From Octopus sinensis (Eukaryota): DNA of 64,000 nucleotides. The DNA lies in NCBI RefSeq assembly GCF_006345805.1, contig NC_043011.1:31136464-31200463 (forward strand), written 5' to 3'. Position numbers and translations under genes: made by a program. The notes under the pieces are model-generated. The model saw only the letters and a program-made list of their open reading frames with translations, did no database searches and was not told the origin of the DNA. This document shows, one piece after another, positions 19,559-50,850 of the stretch. Position 1 is the first letter of the stretch, and every line of letters starts with the position of its first letter.

Positions 19559-19644
19559 TACACAGAAAAAAACAAGGAGAGAAAAAAATGCGTGTAGGAG
19601 CTAACGATCTATCATGGCATCCTGGTGTGTGTATATATATATAC

Positions 19645-19664
19645 AGATATAGATAGATAGATAA

Positions 19665-19741
<77 letters not shown>

Positions 19742-19805
19742 CAGATAGATAGATAGATAAATAGATAGGTAGGTAGATAGATAAAAAGATAGATAGATGG
19801 ATATA
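19645..19805. repeat. (GATA)n microsatellite
   Basis: Long run of agat units. Confidence 0.95.
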
Positions 19806-21357
19806 GATCTAGATGTTTGTCTATATATAATTATATATTGATTAACTTGTGGACATGTATATGAATACTTATAACATACAGCCAGTTAACAACAACTTAG
19901 TTTGCAAGCTCATTTCCCAGCCTGTCCCAGCATACTACATGTTGAAATACCTAGATTCTAATGAATCCTACAACTGGATATTATGAAATATATTCTATTC
20001 CTATAGCCTCTAGTTGCACCATATATGCTTTTTTTATTATCAAGTCCAAAGAGGGATAAATACTTGTAATTCCTTAGGGACAACTTGGCAACATTGACAG
20101 ATCAATGTTGATATTGATAGAACTCAAATAAGTTGGTGATTGGATGGGAAACATAAGCAGGCAGGGAATTCCAGAGGGATAATTTGGAGGAGAAAGATTT
20201 CCGCAAAGTGTTTAGTTAGGAGTCTGAGAGAGAATTTTTTATAAGGATAACAAGATTTGTGCCAAGTAAATTGTAATGGTGTCAGTGTTGTAACAACAGA
20301 AGAATGCAATGAGTCTAAAGTTAATGTTAGTATTCAGTGTTGGGGATTTGCCTGACAAGAGAGTGTCTGATACATGTAAATTGCCATATTTTTCTTTTTT
20401 CTTTTGCCATGTTCATACTGTCAATGTCTATCAAGTCCCACAAGCATCCATCAACCCTAATATAACTATATAAAATAAAATCAATCCAAAACTAAGGTAA
20501 ATCGTTAAGGTAAACTGACATAAACAAATCACACACAATCAATATTTTAAGCTGCGCTATAAATTTATGACACACCCAAATAATAAAATAGATAGAAACA
20601 CTGCAAACCCCAATACATTCAATGTTAGTTACTTTGATGAGTGGTCACATGTAGGAGTAAACAATCATCATCACCACCACCACCGCCGTCATCACCATCA
20701 TCATCATCGTTTAGTGTCCGTTTTCTGTGCTGGCATGGGTTGGATGGTTTGACAGGAGCTGGGCAGCTGTCCAGGCTCCAGTTGTCTGTTTTGGCATGGT
20801 TTCTATAGCTGGATACCCATCCTAACACCAAACACTTTACAAAGTGTACTGAGTGCCTTTTTGTGTGCCACCAGCATGGGTGCATTTTGCATGGCACTGG
20901 CATAACTTTTTTTTTATATCATGACACAGGCACAAGTGCATTTTACATGGCACCAGCTTCTCAGCTGGGAGAGGGAATGAAGTATGGCCATAAAGGACAG
21001 GACTCTATGTATGGATAGCTGTAATTTTACTTTGCTTGGTGTGTTTTCTCAAGTACAACAAACCACCACAAGTTATGGTCCCTTGCCATCTCCTCAGTAA
21101 GGCCCAGCATCTGAAGATCCTTTCTTACTACTGCATCCTACATCTTCCTGCGTCTACCCCTTTCACTGGATCTGTCCCAAACAATATAGAGTATAAATTT
21201 ACTTGTGCACATGATAGTTTCCAGCATAATAATAAAGGGTTATCGACTGATGAAACAGGTTAGCACAAAAAGATGGTTTAAAATAGGTCTCCAAATAGGG
21301 GAGCCACATGCACAATTTTTCAAAAATTGTTTGTTTTAAAATGCTAGATACAAAAAT

Positions 21358-21836
21358 AGGAGTGGTTGTGTGGTAAGTAGCTTGCTTATGAACCACATGC
21401 TTCCGGGTTCAGTCCCACTGTGTGACACCTTGGGCAAGTGTCTTCTACTATAGTCTTGGGCCGACCAAAGCCTTGTGAGTGGATTTGGTAGACAGAAACT
21501 GAAAGAGGCCTGTCGTATATATGTATATACATATACTTTATTCAAAAGCAGCAGAAAATTCAACAAAACCTGTTACTCTGAGTTTCACGTTCCTGTTCGT
21601 CGGACAGTTTTTGCTATATATATATGTATGAGTGTGTATATGTTTGTCCCCCCAACATCGCTTGTCAACCGATGCTGGTGTGTTTAGGTCCCCCGTAACT
21701 TAGCAGTTCGGCAAAAGAGACCGATTGAATAAGTACTAGGCTTACAAAGAATAAGTCCTGGGGTCGATTTGCTCGACTAAAGGCAGTGCTCCAGCATGGC
21801 CACAGTCAAATGACTGAAACAAGTAAAAGAGTAAAA
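21358..21836 (+). mobile_element. tRNA-derived SINE with internal (TA/TG)n and (GTAAAAGA)n tail
   Basis: Highly similar to copies at 23156 (-), 44115, 52398 and 53672. Confidence 0.8.
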
Positions 21837-22830
21837 ATTTTTTTTAAATCTCCAAAAAAACTATTATCATAAAAAAATAATAGAATCTGTATTTAGAAAG
21901 AACAAGTTTGCTGTCACTGGACAGAGTAATAACTATATGTGCATATAACATACATAGATAAATTTATATATATATAAAGCTGAAGTTGTCTGTGTGTGTG
22001 TGGCAAGTTTGGTAGCCTTCAACTAGAATTGTCTTGACTCAAAGAAGTCTCATTACCTTGCCATTAACAAAGTAACAAACTTGAATTCTGCAAAGAAGTT
22101 AACATAAATCTATAACTCCCCACCCACCCCAAAAAAGAAAACCCTAACTTATATACAAATTCTTTTATTTGTTTCGGTAATTTTGACTGTTACGGAGACA
22201 TAAACACACCAACATTGGTTGTCAAGCGATGGTAGCGGGGACAAACACAGACACACACACACATATATATATATCATCTTCATCATCATCGCTTAACGTC
22301 CTGCTTTCCATGCTGGCTTGGGTTGGACTGTTTGACTGGGGACTGGTGAGCCAGGTGGCTGCACCAGGCTCCAATCTGATTTGGCAGAGATTCTACAGCT
22401 GGATGCCCTTCCTAACGCCAACCACTCTGAGAGTGTAGTAAATATCTATATACTACCAGAGATACCTGGCCCTGCTCAGGATTATATATAAATATATATA
22501 CATACATAAAAATATACATACACACACACACACATATATATATATACACACATACATACAAATATATATACACAAAGAGATAAATATATATATATATATA
22601 TATGAATATATCATCATCATCATCATCGTTTAGCGTCCGCTTTCCATGCTGGCATGGGTTGGACGGTTCAACCGGGGTCTTGGAATCCAGAAGGCTGCAC
22701 CAGGCCCAGTCTGATCTGGCAATGTTTCTATGGTTGTAAGTATATGTATACACACACACACACATATATATATATCTTTATACATATATACAAACATGTA
22801 TATAATTACATAGTGAAACTAACAGAAAAG

Positions 22831-22839
<9 letters not shown>

Positions 22840-22878
<39 letters not shown>
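22840..22878. repeat. (TA)n microsatellite within a SINE/microsatellite cluster (22200-22880)
   Basis: Direct inspection. Confidence 0.9.
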
Positions 22879-22884
<6 letters not shown>

Positions 22885-23155
22885 GACGAAAGTATTAATA
22901 GTGAAACTATTAAAACTGAAAAATATCTCACATTACAGTAGAAATGTTAGTTTCACTCTTGACATGTAATACTGAAATAGTGTACGAGATAAGAGATTGC
23001 TCCGGGCTCGCATTAGACAAGAAGTTGAAAAACTTTTGGCCCATGACACTCATGGTCCCTAAGTAAGGCATGTGTAAAATTTGAATGAAATCAGTTGAGT
23101 AGTTCTCGAGTGCGCACATAGAAGCAGACTGACATTCTCAGTTTTATGCGTATAT

Positions 23156-23561
23156 ACTCTTTCTCTCTCTTTTACTTGTTTCAGTCATTTGACTGCGGCC
23201 ATGCTGGAGCACCACCTTTAGTCGAACAAATCAACCCCGGGACTTATTCTTTGTAAGCCCAGTACTTATTCTATCGCTCTTTTTTGCCGAATCGCTAAGT
23301 GACGGCGACGTAAACACACCAGCATTGGTTGTCAAGCAATACTAGAGGGACAAACACAGACAAACACATATATATATATATACATACATATATACGACGG
23401 GCTTCTTTCAGTTTCCGTCTACCAAATCTACTCACAAGGCTTTGGTCGGCCTGAGAGGCTATAGTAGAAGACACTTGCCCAAGATGCCACGCACTGGGAT
23501 TGAACCCAGAACCATGTGGTTGGTAAGCAAGCTACTTACCACACAGCCACTCCTGCGCCTA
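23156..23561 (-). mobile_element. tRNA-derived SINE
   Basis: Reverse complement of the 21358 family. Confidence 0.8.
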
Positions 23562-24442
23562 TATATATATATATACATATATACAATGGGCTTCTTTCAG
23601 TTTCCGTCTACCACATCCACTCACAAGGTTTTGGTTGGCCTGAGGCTATAGTAGAAGACACATGTCCAAGGTGCCATGCAGTGGGACTGAACCTGGAACC
23701 ACGTGGTTGTGAAGCAAGCTTCTTATCACACAGCCATGCCTGTGCCTATGCTCACATTTCTGAGAGTATGAGTGGTTATGCAATGATTGCACATAAATAG
23801 GGGAAGAGAGAGAGAAGAGAGAGAGAGTTTGTGTGTGTGTTTGGAATTTCTGATTTTTTTTTACATGACATGACAGGTTTTAAAGGTTAAAAAGCATTTA
23901 TGAATAGAAAAGCATCCAATGTCCAAACAGAAAATTGCACAATATTGATTTGTGTTATGTCATTTCTTCCTTTCTTTTTATCTTTTACTCTCTTTGTAAC
24001 TCTCACACCATTATCTCTAGTCTTTCTCTCTCTTTTCCTTTCCTTTGTATTGAAAATCACTCTTGCAACCACTCTCTTATATCTTTTTCCTCATCCCATC
24101 ACTATTCCCCCTCTTAATTACTTACTTTCTCTTCTCTCACTATATCACTACTCCCCCTCCCCTTGCTCTTCACTTCCTATTGCATTGACTCATCCAAATT
24201 GCTACTTTTTTTCTCAACCTTTCACTCCAGCCCAAATTTTCTTTTAGCCTAAGACTTAGGGCCTAAGTCGTCTATACAACTGTCCCCCAAGATTGTCACC
24301 TTTCTTATAAAATATTTTCATGTGATATTTTAACCTACAAGCCACTCTATAAGAATATATTCAAACCATTTTGATGGTATGTGTATGTGTGTGTGTGTAT
24401 GTGTTTCTCTTCAATGCAATCTAAAAATGCAGTATTTAGCAT

Positions 24443-24762
24443 GTGAAGGCGCATGGCTCAGTGGTTAGAGCGTCGAGCTTATGATCATGAGGTTGTGAGT
24501 TCAAATCCTGGACCGGGCTGCAAGTTGTGTTCTTGAGCAAGACACTTTATTTCACGTTGCGCCAGTTCACTCAGCTGTAGCAATGAGTTGCGACATCACA
24601 GGTGCTAAGTTGTATCAGCTGTTGCCTTTCCCTTGGATAACACTGGTGGCGTGGAGAGGGGAGGCTGGTATGCTTGGGCGACTGCTGGTCTTCCATAAAC
24701 AACCTTGCCCGAACTTGTGCCTGGGAGGGTAACTTTCTAGGTGTAATCCCATGGTCAGTCAT
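24443..24762 (+). mobile_element. tRNA-derived SINE (CORE/Meta-like)
   Basis: tRNA-like head with A box (tggctcagtggtt) and B box (gttcaaatcc), followed by the family body. Confidence 0.8.
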
Positions 24763-27050
24763 GGAGTTTAGGTGTTTCGCTCATAAACACACCCATCGCC
24801 CGGTCTGAGATTCGAACCCACAATCCCTTGACCACAAGTCTGCTACTCTAACCACTAGGCCATGTGCCTCCACTTTACAGAGTGTACTGGGTGCTTTATA
24901 CGTAGCACTTGCGTGGGTGCTTTGTATATGGCACTGGCATGGGTGTTTTATACCTGGCACCAGCAAAGGTGTTTTTTATGTGGAACCAGTATGGGTGTTT
25001 TTTGTGCGGCATCAGAAATATAAATCAGTTTGATCTGGCTACACACAACTTAAATTTTTGCTAGCTTCTAACAGAAACCTAGCTCACTCAGGTTATGATT
25101 TAGTTATGAGCCTTTACATACTGAGTTCAAATCCTGCTGAGATCAACTTCGTTTTTCATCCTTGCTTTCATTGATAAAATAAAGTACCATTCAAGTACTG
25201 GGATAGATATTATCAATTAATCCTCTCTCCTCAAAATTACTGGCCCTGTGCCTAAATTAAAAACAAGTGGAAGCATAGGCACAGGCATGAATGAGCTTAA
25301 GAAGCTTGCTTTGCAACTATGTGATTTCAGGTTCAGTCCCACTGCACAGCACCTTGAGCAAGTGTCTTCTACTGGAGCCACAAAATCAACCTTGTAAATG
25401 AAGTAGGTAGATGGAAAAGGCGGAGGCTTGATGTATATGTGTGTGTGTGTCTTTGTCCTTCCTATTATTTGATGTGGTGTTGCTTTGTTTATGTCCCTGT
25501 AACTTAATGGTTAAGCAAAGTGACCAATAAAATGAGTACTGGACTTTAAAACAAGTGCAGGAGTTGATTTGTTTTACTAATCCTTCAAGGTGGTGCACTG
25601 GATGGCACTGCCCTCTCACTGTTCAATGGTGCACCCTCAGATTTAGAAAATAGCATTTACAAAAATTAGTGACCACCCAGAATATTCTGAAGCACCTCCA
25701 AGCACCAAAGTCTGGCTATGGGCTTGCAGCATGGTCGCAATTTAATGACAGAAACAAGTAAAAGATAAATGAATTACTATCAATAGTCTTCCTAAAGTGC
25801 AAGGCGGCAAGTTGGCAGAATTGTCACTACACTGGGCACAATGCTTAGCAGCATTTTGTCCGTCTTTATGTTTTGAGTTCAGATCCTGGTGAGGTCGACT
25901 TTGCTTTTCCTCCTTTCGGGGTCAATAAAATAAATACCAGTTGAACACGGGAACTGATGTAATTGATTTATGCCTTCCTCTGAAATTGCTAGCCTTCTGC
26001 TAAAATTCGAAAACAATAGTCTTCCTAAGTTGGTGAGCAGACAGTATTGTTAGTATGCCGTACAAAATGCTTAGTAGCAGTTTTCCTGACTTTACATTCT
26101 GAGTTCAAATTCCACCAAGTTTGATAAAATAAGTACCAATGTCGATGTAACGAACTAGTCCCCCAGCGCTAAACTTTCAGGCTTTGTGTCTATAGAAGGG
26201 ATTATTAATAGCTATCCTAAGGTGGCAGGCTAACAGACTTATTAGCATGCCAGACAAAATTCTTATTAACATTTCATTTGTCTTTACATTCTGAGATTCT
26301 GCCAAGGTGGATTTTGCCTTTCATCCTCCCGGGGTCGATGAAATAGCTACCCTGTTGAGCACTGGGATTGATGTAATTGACAAGTACCCCTGCTCCATTA
26401 AAATTTCAAGCCTTCTGCCTATAGTAGAAAGGATTATTAGTCTTAAGGCAGACATACTGATCGGATATGGATTAAAAAGCGTTCCTTCTATGACCATTCC
26501 ATTTCTTTCCTTTTTTTTTCATGAAACAGTTGCCTGATAATATTTAGTTCATTTCTTTTTGTGTTCAAATTCCGCCAGCAACAACACCTGAACATTATCG
26601 ACAATACGCCTTTTTTGTAATTGCACGGGCCCTACGTTAAGATACCATTTTCACTTCAATTCTGGTGAAACTAAAAGCAGCAGAGATGTTACTTTCAGAG
26701 CAATCGAACCCGCGAAATAGTTTTTTTTTCTATGTTGGGTTGAAACCATAGATAACACTTCACCCTCGACACAAATAGCGTCAAAATATCCTATTTATTC
26801 TCCTTAGTAAGGGATTTGTGTTTAATTAGCAGGAGAAAGTATTTTCAGTCTCTACTATTTTCTCCCTAAAGTCCTAAAGAAGTGAATAACCACATTTCAG
26901 TAGCCATCAACTTTTAATATAGGATTTGTACAAATCCAAAACAAAGTTGTTCTCAGAATAGTATTTTTCGTTTTCTAGCGTAAATGGAATGTTTCTGAGT
27001 AAAGTGCAGCAAATATATTAACTAAAGCAGGGGAACTATCAGCTGAATAC

Positions 27051-27697
27051 GTGACTGTTTCTCTCTGTCTCTTTCTATTTTCTTCTAATTTCACAGTTAC
27101 TCTCTCATTTTCTCCCTCTCTATTTAATCTCGCCTTTTCTCGCTCAAATTTCTTTTCCCTCTCTCTCTTTCTTTCTAATCTCGCAATCCCCCCCTCTCTG
27201 TTAAATTATATATTTTATATCTCTATTCACCCTCTCTTTATATAAGTATTTCTCTCTCCCTCTCTCTTTCTCTCAATATAAATCTCTTTCTTCCTCTCTG
27301 TCTTATTTTGTATATAGTTATCTCTCTCCTCTCTCTTACTTTGTATATGACTATATCTCTCCCCTCTCTCATACTTTATATATAACTATATCACTCTGAC
27401 CCCTCTCTTCTATTTTATATATATATATACACACACAGAAAAATATATTTGTCTCCCCCTCTCTCTCTATATATATATATATATTCCCCCACTCTCTCTA
27501 TATATTCCCCCTCTCTCTCTATATATATATATATATTCCCCCACTCTCTCTATATATTTCCCCCTCTCTCTATATATATATATTTCTCCTCTCTTTTACT
27601 TTATATATAACTTTCTCTTTTATCTCGCAATTTGACCTCTCTCTCTTTGTCAGCTTATACACCTCTATATATCTTTCTCTCTCTTCGTTCATCTCTT
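27051..27697. repeat. (CT)/(TA) compound low-complexity minisatellite upstream of RPS27 copy B
   Basis: Repeated ctctctctatatatatattccccc units. Confidence 0.85.
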
Positions 27698-27763
27698 ACA
27701 CGTACTACTACAGCAGTCCAATTTCATCTTATCCAACTTGGTTATTTGCTTGCGAAGTAAACC

Positions 27764-45456
<17,693 letters not shown>

Positions 45457-45585
45457 ACATAAGATGGTTTGAGGACGTTTATTAGGCCAGGAGTGTTAGG
45501 TTTATTAAGCTCAGTGAGCTAACGTGGATGACTGAACACAAATAATGCAAGATGGCCTTCGTTTCATATCTTCCTTTTTATTTTA

Positions 45586-45617
45586 AATAAAATTTCTTAT
45601 GAAAATTTGATAATAAA
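45586..45617 (+). terminator. Polyadenylation signals of RPS27 copy B
   Basis: AATAAA at 45586-45591 and 45612-45617, 130-160 nt after the stop. Confidence 0.55.
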
Positions 45618-46619
45618 TGTTATTTCAAAATATGTTGTGAGTTTTTTTTTTCCTTTCCTTTCTTATCACCTTTTTGATTATTTCTGGTACCTCTGGGTGA
45701 GAAGCTTTGGTTCCCAGCTGCAGCAAGGTTTTTGCCCCTATTTCTAACCATACTCTTGTAACCTCCCACCCCTCTTGATCCATTCCCCATATCCTACCTT
45801 GCTCTTTGCTCTGGTACCCCATTACATCTTCCCTTATAAAATGCAGAGTAGTCATGTATCTCTTTGTAGTAAGACAATTGTTTGTACTTGTCCTCTATGA
45901 TAATTTACTACCCTCCCAGGCACCTAGCATATAGCCACTACTTCCAGCACTTAGATGAGGGGTCCCTTTTTGATGATTTTAGCACCTTGGTCATTATAAA
46001 TGTGAATTGGTCACTAACGACCCACCGATTTTTCATTTATATATTGAGTGGTGGTAGTATTGGTTTCAAATTTTGGCACAAGGCCAGCAATTTCAGGAGC
46101 AGGAGTAAGTTGATTACATTGACTTCAGTGTTCAGCTGGTACATATATTTTTGACCCCCCCTCCTCCCAAAGGATGAAAAGCAAAGTCAACCATGGCAGA
46201 ATTTGAACTGAACTCAGAATGTAAAAACATAAAATGCAGCTAAACACTCACTGCCTTGAGTTTTGTTGCTTGTTCCTTCTCAAGCCATGACTGGCTTCCT
46301 TGGTGTATAGGTTCCCCACCTGGATGGAATACCGGAGAGCTGCAAGATGCAGGAGGAACAGAAGTTCCCGTGGAGCATAGGTGTTTCGCTCATAAACACA
46401 CACATTGCCCAGTCTGAGATTTGAACCTGTGAGTCTGCTGCTCTAACCACTAGGCCATGTGTCTTCACACTGCCTTGAGTAGTGATAACATTTCTATTTA
46501 CTATGAGGACAAGGCCAACAATTTCAAAGGAGCAAGTTGATTACATCGTCTCCAATTGGTACTTATTTTATTGACCCTGATGGACAAAATGCTAAGAATT
46601 TTACCTGGTGCTCAAACAA

Positions 46620-46857
46620 TTCTTATTTCTTTATTGCTCAAAAGGGGCTAAACATAGAGGGCATGAACAAGGACAGACAAACGGATTAAGTCGATTACAT
46701 CGACCTCAGTGCATAACTGGTACTTGATTTATCGACCCCGAAAGGATGAAAGGCAAAGTCGACCTCTGCAGAATTTGAAGTCAGAACATAATGGCAGACG
46801 AAATACTGCTAAGCATTTCGCCCGGCGTGCTAACGACTCTGCCAGCTCACCGTCTTG
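46620..46857 (-). mobile_element. tRNA-derived SINE
   Basis: Reverse complement of 43486-43720. Confidence 0.7.
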
Positions 46858-47343
46858 AGTGGTGGTAATATTAAAATTGTTTTGTAGTATTGCTATCATG
46901 ACTCCAATACATAGGAATCCCCCTAGTTTCATTGATGTTGTACTCAGCTGTGCATTCTACCGTTACCTGCATACAGTTAGATATTTTTGTCATTTTTAAA
47001 TAGTTTAATCTGATTAATTTTTTACACAAAAAGTATATCCTCTCAGACCTGGTAAGTATATTAGAAAATGCTTCACCGAGGAGGTATGAAACCGAATTGT
47101 CCAGAATTTTTACTGTACTTATCAACCGTTCCACTTTTCCAGTTATCTCCCTTGACTAGTAGCAATAATTTCTATGGACGAAAATTGCTTTCGATTCACT
47201 GATAGACATTCAATGTCTAAAGGGAGTTTAGCCATGAACAGTACCTGCCTGTAAATGGTTTTACTTATAAAAAAAGCAACCAATTATATTATTACACTAA
47301 CTTGAGCGGCTCATGATTATTTTTTTCCAAAAAATAACTCTGA

Positions 47344-47690
47344 GCACCTTTTCAAACTCCACCCATCTAACACCCGTGGACATATTTACAAAGTCAGAAA
47401 ACAGCACAGCTCCCATGACTTCAGGAAACATCTTTTCACACTGAGAGTTGCTGAAGCATGGAACAAACTGCCAGCATCAGTTGTTAGTTGTTGGAGCACT
47501 GCATCCTTCAAAACTTCCATGCTTTCTGAGATTCGCCAACACTACACCTGACTTTCTCCCCTCCATACACATGCAAGCATGTATCTGACTCCTGCATTGT
47601 TTGCTTTCCAGACATTTGTACATTACTGCATATACTCTGACAAGTTGTGGTGCACCTGAGCACTGTATACAATAATTTCATTATTATTAT
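47344..47690 (+). mobile_element. CR1-type LINE 3' end
   Basis: TRGHIYKVRKQHSSHDFRKHLFTLRVAEAWNKLPASVV...SFKTSM then a (TTA)n tail. Confidence 0.8.
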
Positions 47691-50130
47691 AAGCATTTGA
47701 TTGACCAAACTGACTGAATCTGATCTCTTACCTCTCCTACAATGTCATTCAAAAAAAATAAACGATCACGTCATTGAAATCTTAAAGCTATAGATAATAC
47801 TGCATCAACGTCTGGTTCATTAGCATTTTGCTACTTATAATTTCTTTTGAGCCCATCTTAAAATACTAAATCTCACCATTTCATTGGCTTCCTCCTGTAG
47901 AAGTACTTTACTTCACTCAGCTATTCTTCATATATCCATAGCTGTTTCTCTTCTTGCTCACTACAGGCAATGCCCACTTTTTCTCTTAACACTTTAATTT
48001 CCAAGGTAGCATACTTGAATAATTCCTTTCTAACCTTGGAGTGTTCTCCATGGTCACTAACCATGCATTTTCTCTGTATGCACACAAATCATTCAGTTAG
48101 CTTTTTGGTTAGAAGTTTTTGTTGCCAGCAGTTACAACTCCCCAATATATATTTTCCCCCCTCTAGTCCCAACTACTATTCTTTTGCAACATCCCTACCT
48201 TCAATTTTAACTACCAGCAAGCCTCCTGGATTCTTGAAAAGCACATCTTTTATTAGGTAACAAGTTCATACATGCTTATTCACCTCCCACATGGTTATAT
48301 AGCAACCAGGTTTCATTGACTAGTTTCAAGCTTCTTGAGACATTGATTAGAGTGAGATCTAGGTCACCTGGCAAACCCTTATGATTGAGAACTAATCCCT
48401 CAAACACACCTGCTCAACTTGCATGTTGAAGTCTATGCAAGAGCATAATTCATTGTATAACTTGGATTCCGTGAATTAACTTTTGTATGCTTCTGGCTAA
48501 GTTAGAAATCCAGGCAATGTAATTAATACTGCTAATGCTGAGAATCACATGATTTTTTTCACAAATTGATAAGTTCTGTTCCTGAAACAACTTATTCCAT
48601 GGTGTATGGTATAACTATGTTCTCATGTAGAAATTTTATATTTTAGGTAAGCATTGTTAAAAAGCCCAACCTTTCCTTAACCAGTTCATATATACATGTA
48701 TTTGCAATCCTTAAAATATCCAAAACAAAAGTACTTTTATATAAGTAACAGTACAACGCAGTGATAGGAAAGAAACTGTTAGTTCTAAAGGCAATTTCAC
48801 TGCAGTTCACAGTAAAAAAAAAAATCTCCTTTATAGTAAGGGTATCTTAGCAGTTCAGTGGAACTCTGTTGGAACCCCAGGTTCATTTCTGGCTCAACAA
48901 CTTCCTCAGTAGAGGAAACCAAAGAGAGGTAACCGTGAGTTGCCTAAAAGGGTTTAGTCAATGAAATAAACCCCATATTTACACCTTTACTATAAAGCAA
49001 AAAATTTTTTTCGGGGTGAACTGCAGTAAAATAACTAATCTTAAGTACTTTTTACTTTGCTTGTCTCCTACCATTTAAATACAATCTTGTTAAATTTAAA
49101 AAAAAATTACCCGGCCTTATTTTCTGCTTAAAAAACGTTTCCTTTGCATTTAGATATTCTTTTAGTTCTTCGGAATCCTTTCACTCAAGTGTTTTTCTTA
49201 TCTTTCAAACGTTTTTGTTGTTTATAGCCAACAATTGTAAGCGTTTTCAGCATACTTTAACTTGTCTCAGTTGTTATACTGAGGCCATGACAGTATACTG
49301 CCTGAAATGGGTTTAGTCAATGAAATCAACTCCATATTATTTTATTAGTATCAACATTATGGGGATATGAATGAACCGATACCCATCATCAAGCAGAGAC
49401 ATGCACACACCTCTACAGTTTCCATCTGCTCATTCCACTCACAAAGTAATTACTTGGCCATGCAGTGGAGCTGAAACTGAACACGTAGCCACATGGCTGC
49501 AAAGAAAATTCCTAACCCTTTCGTTACCAACCCAGCTGAAACAGGCTCTGTTTCTGAGTATGTCTTGTTTTCATAAGATTTGAATTCAAATCTTCTACAA
49601 AGCCTTAGTCACAATCTATGTTCCTAACACTAGATGAATAACTAAATTATTTTACCAAATTTTTTGTTGTATTTAAAGTAATTGAAAGAAAAACAGAGCA
49701 TCTCAAAATAAGATACAGTAAGGGCTTATATATGTACATAAATTAATCCTTTAATTTCCATGTATTTTTTAACACACCTATTTCTATACACATGTGCATT
49801 ATTAATGCAACTAGGTACAAAATCGGACTAGTTGCATAAATCAATTGTTTAGAGTTAACAGATGCACCAACACCAGAAGTTTGAATAATACCCTTAAAGT
49901 AGATGTAGATGTAACTTAGTATAACTGAACCCAAATTTTACAAGTCTTGATGACAAAACCACTTAAAATAATGTAAGGATACAAATGGTGCAGGAATGGG
50001 AATTTCAAACATTTGTGTCAGGGATATCAGGCTTATGATGGTTACAGCCCAAAGACAAGGCATGAAAAGAGTGTATATTATGTGAAAACAATTCACCATC
50101 TGCAGTACAGGTACTAATTGCCAAGACTGA

Positions 50131-50702
50131 TTGACCTGGTGCACTGCCTAAGAACCAAAGCTTGCAATGGTGCTAATGCTCAGACCCATATTGGAGTATG
50201 GGATTCAGGCCTCTTCTCCTTATCTCCTCAAAGACATACAGCATCTCGAAAGAGTCCAGAGGCTGGCTACCCGCATGGTTCATGGTCTCAAAAATTTGTC
50301 CTACGAAGAAAGGCTGAGGACGCTCGACCTTTATTCTCTTGAAAAACGCCGCCGCCGTGGTGATATCATTCTCGCCCACAACATTATAAGCGGAAAGTGT
50401 AACCTCTCGAAAGAGCTGTTCTTCACTCCTGCTCCAGAGCGTCGGCTGCGGGGTCATTCCGAAAAGCTCTACCTGCGACGATTTCATCTCAATCGAAGGA
50501 GAGGAGCTTTCTCCGTCCGGGTTGCGGATCCGTGGAACAAGCTGCCAGACGAGATGGTGAAGATGCCGACGACCGCTTTGTTCAAAGCCTCCCTGGACCT
50601 CAAGTGGCCTGAACTCTTTACATGAACACCACCCTGTACTTAACTCCATGTCCCCCTACATGGCCTTGCTATTTGCTTTTGAGCCAAATTAACTAACTAA
50701 CT
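50131..50702 (+). mobile_element. 5'-truncated CR1-type LINE with open ORF2 C-terminus (50167-50625) and (CTAA)n tail
   Basis: RPILEYGIQASSPYLLKDIQHLERVQRLATRMV...RRRRGDII...RGHSEKL...FSVRVADPWNKLP. Confidence 0.9.
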
Positions 50703-50793
50703 AATAATATAAATATTCAGAATGTTAGAGATACTGTCATAAAAAAAAACAAAAAAACAAAACAAAACAAAGACCAACAATTTAACAATTTTA

Positions 50794-50850
50794 TTACTTT
50801 GCACCAGTTGATCCAAAACCTCCCTCGCCTCGCAAGGTATCGTCCAAACT
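50794..50850 (-). CDS. DUT: DUT last exon (motif 5)
   Basis: SLDDTLRGEGGFGSTGAK*. Confidence 0.92.
   Translation of the reverse strand, partial: SLDDTLRGEGGFGSTGAK

Noticed and set aside
24443-24520. tRNA-like sequence with A and B boxes
   Set aside because: It continues directly into a SINE body shared by several copies and gives no complete cloverleaf. These are SINE heads, not tRNA genes.
46871-47134. 87-aa minus-strand ORF between RPS27-B and DUT
   Set aside because: No recognisable domain or convincing splice sites, and it runs into a SINE.
48700-49350. Patchy inverted and direct repeats (ctgcagttcac/gtgaactgcag; gggtttagtcaatgaaat twice)
   Set aside because: Too degenerate to define ends or a TSD. 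Probably old MITE and SINE debris.
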